DNA from: Candidatus Obscuribacteraceae bacterium
Lineage (GTDB): Bacteria > Cyanobacteriota > Vampirovibrionia > Obscuribacterales > Obscuribacteraceae
NCBI GenBank assembly: GCA_044229845.1
Contig: JBGASG010000003.1
Location: 256,001 to 320,000, forward strand
Direction of reading: 5' to 3'
DNA length: 64,000 nucleotides
Made by a program: the position numbers and the translations under genes. Shown piece after piece: positions 56,420-64,000 of the stretch. How positions within the stretch are numbered: position 1 is the stretch's first letter; the number at the start of each line of letters is the position of its first letter. The notes under the pieces are model-generated. The model ran no database searches and was not told where the DNA came from. It worked only from the letters and a program-made list of their open reading frames with translations.

Positions 56420-58978
56420 CTAGACCGGGTAAGGATTGCCGACTGCCTTGTTGAGGAACCTCGTGATGCTGCCTTGGAAGAGCAGATCGACGGTGCCGAC
56501 TGGACCGTTACGCTGCTTAGCGATGATGATTTCAGCCTCGCCGCGCCGGTCGCTTTCCGGGTTGTAGTACTCGTCGCGGTAGATGAACATGACCACGTCC
56601 GCGTCTTGCTCAATAGATCCTGATTCGCGCAAGTCCGACAACATCGGACGCTTGTTCTGTCGGGCTTCCACCGCGCGCGACAGCTGCGACAGCGCCAGAA
56701 CCGGCACGTTCAGTTCGCGGGCCAGCGTCTTCAGTCCGCGCGAAATCTCCGAAACTTCCTGCACGCGGTTATCGGTGCCGCCCTTCCTTCCCTGCATCAA
56801 CTGAATATAGTCGATGATGATCAAGCCCAGACCTTTGTATTCCGCCTTCAATCGCCGCGCTTTGGCGCGGATGTCCAGCGCCGTCACTACCGGTGCGTCG
56901 TCGATGAAAATCGGTGCTTCACCAAGCCTGCCCATGGCCGATGCCAGGTTGGCCCAGTCACTGCTTTGCAGAAGACCGCTGCGCAACTTGTTGGCATCGA
57001 GCTTGGCTTCGGCGCACAGGAAACGCTGTACGAGCTGTTCCTTCGACATTTCCAACGAGAAGATGGCGCACGGAATGTTGTGTTCGACGGCTGCGTGCTG
57101 AGCTATGTTCAGCACGAACGCCGTGTTGTGCACGCAAATATCGTTGGCCACGAAGTTGTGCGTCTCGGGGATGGTCAGGTCGTAGACCTGTTTCTCACCG
57201 ACAGATTCGATTGAGACGATTTCATCCCAATAGACATCTTCGGTGGACAGGTCTTGTAAAAGTTTCCGGCGCAGAGCGGAGGAGAATTCGACAAGCTGCG
57301 CCGGGTTTGAAGTACGCCTGCAAGAGCGTTGCTTCATGTCATTTTGCTCGCGCCACAGAGAATCAAATTGAGAGATTCCAGAGTGCGAACTCTTGACCGC
57401 CTTCATTTTGCTGCGGTCTTCTAAAACTATGAGGTTGTTTTCAGATGGCGCCTGTCTGGCTGCCAGCGCGTGCAATATCTGATCGATTGAGTCTTCGCTG
57501 CCGATCATGCCGATCTCGTTGCAGAATATCTGCAGCGAACGGACTTCGGAGATGCCCAGCAACCACAGACAATGCCGCTCGGATCCGCTGCGCACGAATC
57601 GGCGGCGCAACTTTGCCACTACTCCGAAACGCAAAAGCAAATGCTGGACTTGCTTGGCGATGCGCTCGCTCGGCGTGGCATAAGCGATCCACGGCTGTCC
57701 GCTGGATGAACGCACTGTCCACCCATCGCACGCAAACAAGCGATTAATAAAGATAGCCAGCTGATCTTCGGGCAAAGTGAAAACGGAAGGCGGGATTACT
57801 TTGTCTTCCGGGTCGCGTCCCCAGATGTCGTGCTGTTTGCACCAGAAATCCAGTCGCGAATTGGTGCAAGAGCTGAATTCAGTTGCGGCTTCCAGAAAGT
57901 CTGTCTGCACTTCCGAGTTATCGACAGTCAGGCTGATGGTGTTACCGGTGATGCAGCCATCGCCGAGCATGAACGCCAGCAGTTTGACCTCACACTCGCG
58001 CAGCGGCTGGCAGCCGAACACAGGCAGGCGGCGCGGCACTGCCACCGGGCTGCCCGGGCGCAGCTCGGAGAGTTTCTTCCAGCCGTCCGTGGTCAAAAAC
58101 GGGTGCGACGCAGTCGTCTCGATTACGCGCCCCAGTCTGGTCGCCACGCGGAAGACCGGCTTAACACCATCGTCGACGAAGGCTGTCGGCTTGGTCCAGT
58201 CGAGTTTGTAGTTGGGCAACAGCGTGAGCAGGCGCGCTGTGCCGCGTTCGTAGATTTCTTGAATCGTCGAGACGCTGCCGTCGGCCAGCACGATTTCTGA
58301 GTCGTACGCCAGGCACTTACCCATGGATGGACGGGCGGCAATGATCACGAGATCGGACGGTTGCCAGCCTGATGTCATCGTATCGAGATCATAGAAACCA
58401 GACGGTACGCCCGAAAGCGAGTCACGCTCTTCATAGCGCTTTTCGATGCGGGCAAACGAATCGGCAACGATATCGCGGATGTGCACTAGCTTCGACATGT
58501 TGCGATTCTGGGCAATACCGAAGATCAAACTCTCCGCGCGATCTACCGCCGTGTCGGCGTCGGTGTCTTCGTAGGCGCCCTGCACAATTTCCGTACCGGC
58601 TTTGATCAAATTACGCAGCAGAGCTTTCTCGTTGACTACCTTGGCGTAGTATTCAACGTTGGCTGTGGTTGCCACCGAGAGGGCGAGGTCCGCCAGATAC
58701 TGGCGTCCGCCGACAACATCCAGCTTGCCCTGATCTTTCAGATATTGGGATGTGGTGACGATGTCGATTGGCTCGTTCTTCTCGAAGAGGTCGAGGATCG
58801 CCGCAAAAAGCACCTGGTGTGCCTTGCGATAAAAATGCTCCGGTTCTAATTGATCGACAACTCTCGAGATAGCGTCGGTGGCGACGAGAATCGCACCCAG
58901 AACCGCCTGCTCTGCATCCACTGATTGTGGCGGCATGCGCTCCAGTGCGGAATCGGCTACATTGACATCGACGCTCAT
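56420..58978 (-). CDS. dnaB: Replicative DNA helicase, intein-containing
   Basis: PPQSVDAEQAVLG, AARPSMGK|TAF, FSLEM, IDYIQL, LSDLRESGSIEQDAD. Confidence 0.98.
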   Translation of the reverse strand: MSVDVNVADSALERMPPQSVDAEQAVLGAILVATDAISRVVDQLEPEHFYRKAHQVLFAAILDLFEKNEPIDIVTTSQYLKDQGKLDVVGGRQYLADLALSVATTANVEYYAKVVNEKALLRNLIKAGTEIVQGAYEDTDADTAVDRAESLIFGIAQNRNMSKLVHIRDIVADSFARIEKRYEERDSLSGVPSGFYDLDTMTSGWQPSDLVIIAARPSMGKCLAYDSEIVLADGSVSTIQEIYERGTARLLTLLPNYKLDWTKPTAFVDDGVKPVFRVATRLGRVIETTASHPFLTTDGWKKLSELRPGSPVAVPRRLPVFGCQPLRECEVKLLAFMLGDGCITGNTISLTVDNSEVQTDFLEAATEFSSCTNSRLDFWCKQHDIWGRDPEDKVIPPSVFTLPEDQLAIFINRLFACDGWTVRSSSGQPWIAYATPSERIAKQVQHLLLRFGVVAKLRRRFVRSGSERHCLWLLGISEVRSLQIFCNEIGMIGSEDSIDQILHALAARQAPSENNLIVLEDRSKMKAVKSSHSGISQFDSLWREQNDMKQRSCRRTSNPAQLVEFSSALRRKLLQDLSTEDVYWDEIVSIESVGEKQVYDLTIPETHNFVANDICVHNTAFVLNIAQHAAVEHNIPCAIFSLEMSKEQLVQRFLCAEAKLDANKLRSGLLQSSDWANLASAMGRLGEAPIFIDDAPVVTALDIRAKARRLKAEYKGLGLIIIDYIQLMQGRKGGTDNRVQEVSEISRGLKTLARELNVPVLALSQLSRAVEARQNKRPMLSDLRESGSIEQDADVVMFIYRDEYYNPESDRRGEAEIIIAKQRNGPVGTVDLLFQGSITRFLNKAVGNPYPV
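57125..58315 (-). mobile_element. Intein (397 aa) with LAGLIDADG homing-endonuclease motifs in the DnaB P-loop
   Basis: Starts CLAYDS after GK; block B TASHPF; LLAFMLGDG and FINRLFACDG; ends VYDLTI...HNFVANDICVHN followed by Thr. Confidence 0.95.
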
Positions 58979-59315
58979 AAGCGTTGCTATCCCTTTTGCA
59001 AATGGGGGACTCGAATGGGGCTATCTCTAATACGTTGGAGGCGGGTAAAAAGTTCAATCGCCCGGACAAAACGCCTGGAGACTTAATGCACAATATTCAG
59101 TTTGTTCGATTGCCATCAATAATAATGGAACACCCGCGATAAAACCGGGAGATAATCTTCTTTTCCCCGCACGATCAGCTATCCAAGCCGATCCTCGGCT
59201 ATAGCGCTTGGATATATCGACTCACTTTCCTTAGTAACTCTCATACAGACGCAACACTGCGCATAGCCTTCGCCATGATGCCAGTAGATGCCACCATGCG
59301 TGATGGCAATAAAAT

Positions 59316-59380
59316 TCCGGGTCAGCTGGCGGAGTCGGGGTTCGCCGCACGTGGCGAACCGGCTCCGCGACTGACCCGGA
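59316..59380. other. 65-nt long hairpin (terminator or sRNA element)
   Basis: TCCGGGTCAG/CTGACCCGGA, GCGGAGTC/GGCTCCGC and GGTTCGCC/GGCGAACC nested stems. Confidence 0.7.
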
Positions 59381-59479
59381 GTAGTTGTGTATTACTTAGA
59401 TACGCTGGGAAGTGTGTGGTGTGGAGTGGAACAGGTGGTGAAAACTAGAACTAGGACAGGAGGGATCGAGTTTTTCAGG

Positions 59480-59740
59480 TCAATTGAACTTGGCTGTACC
59501 GCCATCCTCTATGGCAGCATTGAGAATCAGTCTGTCAAACCATGTGCTGCGATCTGAAAGGACTTTGATTACCTTGTTGGCTCGTCTGAGCTCTACATGC
59601 AAGGACCCATTTTCCATTTGGACAGATGCCAGAGCCGAACGGAGGTCATTCAGCTCTTTTCGGAGTGATTTGATCTCTTCCGAATCTCCTTGTATTGCCG
59701 AATTCATCGTCATCGGCGCCGTAACTGTAATGCCCGTCAT
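59480..59740 (-). CDS. Small coiled-coil hypothetical protein (86 aa)
   Basis: AAAGG upstream of the ATG; heptad pattern EIKSLRKELNDLRSALASVQMENGSLHVEL. Confidence 0.6.
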   Translation of the reverse strand: MTGITVTAPMTMNSAIQGDSEEIKSLRKELNDLRSALASVQMENGSLHVELRRANKVIKVLSDRSTWFDRLILNAAIEDGGTAKFN

Positions 59741-59928
59741 ATAGATGCCTTTTGGAGAACTCGCCCGGGGTCGTAAAGACCCACGTAGAGGATTGTATGC
59801 GCGGATGTCAATAATGCAACTTAGATTTGCCTTAACCGTTGCCTCTACGTGGGAATTACCGCCCTCGACACGCTCACACGGGCACGCGAAATGCGGATGT
59901 TTTTCGCGCGTTCCGGACCTGCATGACT

Positions 59929-59958
59929 GAGAGGCAGCCACTTTCGAGGCTGCCTCTC
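59929..59958 (-). terminator. Hairpin downstream of acsA
   Basis: GAGAGGCAGCC/GGCTGCCTCTC 11-bp stem; weak U-tract. Confidence 0.55.
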
Positions 59959-59989
59959 CCTTCAATCAAATTACGGACTGGGCTGCAGA

Positions 59990-61819
59990 TTAGTCTTCTT
60001 CAAGGGAAGAAGTGTCGCCGGTGGGTAGTCCGAGTTCCCAGGCTTTCAGCAATCGGCGCATGATTTTGCCGCTACGGGTCTTGGGCAGAGATTCTTTCAC
60101 TTCAATCTCGCGCGGGTAGGCGTGGGCAGCCAATTGGCGCTTGCAGTGATCTTTGATCTCTTCGATCAGGTCTTCGCTGAAGGTCACGTCGTTGGCCAGC
60201 ACAACAAAGGCCTTGATGATTTCACCCCGCTCTTTGTCGGGCTTGCCGATTACACCAGCCTCAGCAACTGCGACGTGTTCTACCAGAGCCGACTCGACTT
60301 CGAATGGTCCAACACGGTGTCCGGCAGTGTTGATCACGTCGTCGGCGCGGCCAACAAACCAGATATAGCCTTCGTTGTCTTTCCACGCATTATCGCCGCT
60401 GAAGTACCAGCCGGGAATGCGGAAGTATTCGCGGTACTTTTCTTCGTTGCGCCAGATTTCTCTGAGCATCGACGGCCAGCCTGGACGCACCACCAGACGA
60501 CCCAATTGTCCGGGTTGCATCTCATTGCCTTCGTCATCGACCACGGTGACATAGACGCCGGGCAGCGGACGTCCCATCGAGCCCGGCTTGACCGGCAGGC
60601 AGGGCAGGTTTGCCACCAGTTGCATGCCGGTCTCGGTTTGCCACCAGTTATCGTGAATCGGCAGACCATAGACTTTCATGCCCCAGCGCACCACTTCCGG
60701 ATTGAGCGGTTCGCCGACGCTGCAGATATGGCGCAGCGATTGCAGAGAGTAGCGGTAGACAGTTTCATCACCAGCTTTCATGAGCATGCGCAGCGCTGTT
60801 GGTGCCGTATACCAAACAGTGACGCGCAGACGGTCGATGAGTTGATACCAGCTATCGGCATCGAACCGTCCTTCGTAGGTGACCATCGAGGCACCCAGCG
60901 ACCAGGGTCCGAACAAACCATATACGGTGCCCGTTACCCAACCTGGATCGGCTGTACACCAGTACACATCATCGTCGCGCAGGTCGAGCACCCATTTGGT
61001 GGTCATATGCATGCCGATGATGTCGTTGTGCACATGCAGCACACCTTTCGGCTTGCCGGTGGTGCCGGATGTATAAAGCAGGTAGAGAGGATCTTCCGGA
61101 TCCATGTGAGCAACTTCCAGTTTCTCGGAAGCTTCCACCATCAGTTCTTCGTAGCTCAGCTCGCCGCGCTTGAGCTTTTCATCGCTACGCACCACAATCA
61201 CGTATTCCAGATCGGGCAGTTGATCGCGAATCTGATCTAGTTTCGGTTTGAGTTGTGGTGTCGTGATGATGACTTTAGCCTGGCTGTCTTGCAGACGGTC
61301 ACGCAGAGCGTCCGGACCGAATGCTGAGAACAAGGGACCGACCACAGCGCCGATTTTCGCAATTGCGAGAGTGGAGATATAGAGTTCGGGAATGCGCGGC
61401 ATGAAGACGAACACGCGATCGCCTTTTTGCACACCAATCGACTTGAGCGCGTTGCCCAGACGATTGGACATCAAATACATGTCCTGATAAGTGAACAGCT
61501 CGAGTTTGTTCTCGGCATCGATGCAATACAGAGCGACTTTGTTGCGGCGACCATCGTGCATGTGCCGGTCGATGGCGTTGTATGCCGCGTTCAGCTTGCC
61601 TTCGGCAAAGTACGAGATTTCGGATTTCGCCTGATCCCAAGAAAATGACGCGTAAGTCGCCTCGTAATCTTCGACGTTGGCGCGGACGGGAAACTTTTTG
61701 ATTACTTCAGCGCGCCCGCTCGGCACGCTGACACTACCGGAGGCAAGAAACTGCGTCGGGGCCGTTGCGGTCGCCCCGGACTTGGAACTCTTACCGCTTC
61801 TGTCAGCTACTTTTGCCAT
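59990..61819 (-). CDS. acsA: Acetate--CoA ligase (AMP-forming)
   Basis: YTSGTTGKPKG, WCTADPGWVTG, SVGEPLNPE, WWQTETG, PKTRSGKIMRR. Confidence 0.95.
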   Translation of the reverse strand: MAKVADRSGKSSKSGATATAPTQFLASGSVSVPSGRAEVIKKFPVRANVEDYEATYASFSWDQAKSEISYFAEGKLNAAYNAIDRHMHDGRRNKVALYCIDAENKLELFTYQDMYLMSNRLGNALKSIGVQKGDRVFVFMPRIPELYISTLAIAKIGAVVGPLFSAFGPDALRDRLQDSQAKVIITTPQLKPKLDQIRDQLPDLEYVIVVRSDEKLKRGELSYEELMVEASEKLEVAHMDPEDPLYLLYTSGTTGKPKGVLHVHNDIIGMHMTTKWVLDLRDDDVYWCTADPGWVTGTVYGLFGPWSLGASMVTYEGRFDADSWYQLIDRLRVTVWYTAPTALRMLMKAGDETVYRYSLQSLRHICSVGEPLNPEVVRWGMKVYGLPIHDNWWQTETGMQLVANLPCLPVKPGSMGRPLPGVYVTVVDDEGNEMQPGQLGRLVVRPGWPSMLREIWRNEEKYREYFRIPGWYFSGDNAWKDNEGYIWFVGRADDVINTAGHRVGPFEVESALVEHVAVAEAGVIGKPDKERGEIIKAFVVLANDVTFSEDLIEEIKDHCKRQLAAHAYPREIEVKESLPKTRSGKIMRRLLKAWELGLPTGDTSSLEED

Positions 61820-61951
61820 TTCTACCTCCGGCTAAATTGGCAGCCAGCGATTATGCATAGTTGAATATCTTAACGCGTACGCGCGTCAATGTTTAGCTAT
61901 CCTATTCAACCTCTGATTTATTCATCGGCAGCTTCTAATCGGAAAAGTCAA

Positions 61952-62995
61952 ATGGCCAACAGAACAATGAAAGCAGTGGTCGTCCGCGAGCAGGGTCCGC
62001 CCAGCGTCCTCAAGAACGAAGAGGTACCGGTGCCGCCGCCAGAGCTGGGAGAAGTAATGGTCAAGGTGCGAGGTTGCGCGCTCAATCATCTGGACATCTG
62101 GTGCCGGTCGACATTGCCCAGCGTCAAGTTGCCTCTCATTCTCGGCTGCGATGTTGCGGGAGAGGTTGTGGAAGCCGGCGCCGATGTAGCGCATGTGAAA
62201 GTCGGTGACAAGGTTTTGGTTTCGCCCGGTCTGAGCTGCAACACCTGCAAAGAATGTCTCTCAGGCAGAGAAAATCTCTGTCGCTACTATCACATTCTCG
62301 GTGCGGCAAGAAACGGTGGATATGCTGAATACGTGAACGTTCCCGCCATCAATTGCTTCCCCGTGCCGATCGGACTGAACTTTCACCAAGCCGCATCTAT
62401 TCCCCTGGTCTTCATGACCGCGTGGCACATGCTGGTAGCTCGTGCGCAGGTGAAGACGAATGAAACCGTCCTTGTGATCGCAGGCGGCAGTGGCGTCGGT
62501 TCAGCGGCGATTCAAATTGCCAAGCTCTTTCAGTGCCATGTCATCGCGACCGTGGGCAACGACGAGAAGTCGAAGTTGGCAAAGTTTCTCGGTGCCGACG
62601 ATGTGATCAATCACAGCAAGCAAGACATTGCTGAAGAGGTGAAGAAACTGACCGAAAAGCGCGGCGTCGATGTCGTCATTGAACACGTCGGTCCGGCCGT
62701 TTTCGAACAGTGCCTGCAGTCGATGGCGACGGGCGGTCGCCTGGTCACATGCGGTGGCACCACGGGCGCCAAAGTCGAAATCGACATACCCCGTCTGTTC
62801 ATGAAGCATCAGACTATCTACGGCTCTGTGATGGGGACGAAACGCGAACTTGCAGACATGTTGCCGCTGTTCGAGAAAGGGCATCTCAAGCCGGTGGTGG
62901 ACAATGTGTTTCCTCTGCACGAAGCGCGCGAAGCGCACGAGATGATGGAAGCCCGCAAGCAATTCGGCAAAATCGTAGTCGACCCGACCGCATAA
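61952..62995 (+). CDS. Zinc-binding alcohol dehydrogenase / MDR-family oxidoreductase
   Basis: CALNHLD, CNTCKEC...C structural zinc, GGYAEY, GGSGVG, FGKIVV. Confidence 0.9.
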   Translation: MANRTMKAVVVREQGPPSVLKNEEVPVPPPELGEVMVKVRGCALNHLDIWCRSTLPSVKLPLILGCDVAGEVVEAGADVAHVKVGDKVLVSPGLSCNTCKECLSGRENLCRYYHILGAARNGGYAEYVNVPAINCFPVPIGLNFHQAASIPLVFMTAWHMLVARAQVKTNETVLVIAGGSGVGSAAIQIAKLFQCHVIATVGNDEKSKLAKFLGADDVINHSKQDIAEEVKKLTEKRGVDVVIEHVGPAVFEQCLQSMATGGRLVTCGGTTGAKVEIDIPRLFMKHQTIYGSVMGTKRELADMLPLFEKGHLKPVVDNVFPLHEAREAHEMMEARKQFGKIVVDPTA

Positions 62996-63055
62996 CTATG
63001 CAACTGTGCGCGGTGCTACTGTACCACTTGCACCAGCTCCGATATCTCACTGCGC

Positions 63056-63313
63056 TTAGTAGGTCGTGTCGGAAAAATGTTTCTCGTCGGTCAGCCAACC
63101 GATGATGTAGCCGAACAGAGCACCGACCAGGAAACCCCAGACAGCGCCCACCGGCCATTCGTAATAAGGAGCGACAGCCACAGGCAGAGGCCAGTAGTTG
63201 ATTACCCAGAAGCTGACGGCGCAGACAACAGCACTCACAATCGCGCAAAACATCATGGCCACGAGGGATACTGGAAGCCCGTCATCTGCCTGTTTTTTGT
63301 CTGTCTTAGCCAT
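63056..63313 (-). CDS. Small 2-TM membrane protein
   Basis: AGGAG SD; two hydrophobic helices. Confidence 0.75.
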   Translation of the reverse strand: MAKTDKKQADDGLPVSLVAMMFCAIVSAVVCAVSFWVINYWPLPVAVAPYYEWPVGAVWGFLVGALFGYIIGWLTDEKHFSDTTY

Positions 63314-63434
63314 AGTTCTCCTGGGTCTCTCTTTCGGTCTGGTCGCTCACAGTATAAAACGGCTGCCCCGCGGCCACTTCGCCGCCGCCAAATAAGATTG
63401 CTGATGTTTTATTAGTTCTTCTTTATGCCGGCGC

Positions 63435-63965
63435 TCAGGTCAGATAGATAAAGCCCAGACCAGCCACGGTTTTTGCGTCCCGCACTTTGCCGTCAAGGAC
63501 CAGTTGCCAAGCTTCTTTGAGAGTCAGCCTCATAACATCTGTTTCTTCGTCTTCATCCAGCTTTTTGCCGACAAACCGAAGATCATTGGCGTGATGAAAA
63601 GTGAGCAGTTCGTCGCAGAAGCCCGGAGCGGAATACATAGCGGCTATTTGCTTCCAGTTACGCCCTTCGAAGCCGGTTTCTTCAATCAATTCACGTGCCG
63701 CGGCAACAGCCCTGTCTTCGCCCTTCTCAAGCCGGCCCGCGGGCAACTCGATTAATTCCTCATCTACTGAATACCGGTACTGACGGATAAGCAGAATTTC
63801 CTGGTCGGTGGGCTGCCCAAGAATTACTACACCACCGTTGTGTTCGACGATTTCCCGTTTAAACTGTTTGCCGTCCTGTTGGACTGTATCCACGTGGACG
63901 TTAAAGATGAGACCTTCGTAAATTTGCTCGCTGCCGGTTTTGTGTTGCCGCGTAAATAGTGCCAA
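63435..63965 (-). CDS. NUDIX hydrolase, ADP-ribose-pyrophosphatase-like
   Basis: REIVEH, QYRY, ELPAGRLEKGE...AARELIEETG, SAPG, DAKT; GGAGG SD before TTG. Confidence 0.93.
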   Translation of the reverse strand: MALFTRQHKTGSEQIYEGLIFNVHVDTVQQDGKQFKREIVEHNGGVVILGQPTDQEILLIRQYRYSVDEELIELPAGRLEKGEDRAVAAARELIEETGFEGRNWKQIAAMYSAPGFCDELLTFHHANDLRFVGKKLDEDEETDVMRLTLKEAWQLVLDGKVRDAKTVAGLGFIYLT

Positions 63966-64000
63966 GGTTTCCTCCGTTTCTGAAAGGCGAACGGCGATTG

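Noticed and set aside
58979..59310. Replication origin upstream of dnaB
   Set aside because: No clustered TTATCCACA-like DnaA boxes or AT-rich unwinding repeats seen; only isolated hairpins such as 59180-59214.
1..64000. CRISPR arrays, tRNA/rRNA/tmRNA genes, transposases, prophage
   Set aside because: No spaced direct repeats, cloverleaf signatures or mobile-element proteins were seen by eye; the intein is the only mobile element.

Overview
This is a bacterial chromosomal window with no recognisable tRNA, rRNA, CRISPR array or transposase. Bases 1-19.7 kb hold the 3' end of tuf and a complete S10-spc-alpha ribosomal protein supercluster (rpsJ to rplQ, then truA-rplM-rpsI). RpoA has a cyanobacteria-like N-terminus, yet rpmD and rpsD are still in the cluster. 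That combination suggests a non-photosynthetic Cyanobacteriota (Melainabacteria/Vampirovibrionia, possibly Obscuribacterales); this is inference. The remaining 44 kb are housekeeping and accessory genes: TPR proteins, a YyaL-like protein, a sarcosine-oxidase-family enzyme, trxB with a heme-oxygenase-like diiron enzyme, CHAD, SixA, glycosyltransferases, Fur, a D-amino-acid aminotransferase/dipeptide epimerase/rhomboid operon, grpE-dnaJ, a two-component system, an intein-containing dnaB, and acsA. The most interesting signals are non-coding and were found by hand folding, so none is computationally confirmed. (1) A ~175-nt rod-shaped 6S-like RNA with its own promoter, antisense between tuf and rpsJ. 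(2) A ~210-nt transcript with a sigma70 promoter, a Fur-box-like site and a terminator, divergent from fur (candidate metal-responsive sRNA or leader). (3) A perfect H-type pseudoknot 6 nt downstream of an in-frame UGA in an unannotated 51-codon frame, in the leader of the aminotransferase operon. (4) Highly structured leaders before rpsJ and rpsM. Many ribosomal proteins also carry unusual extensions or insertions.
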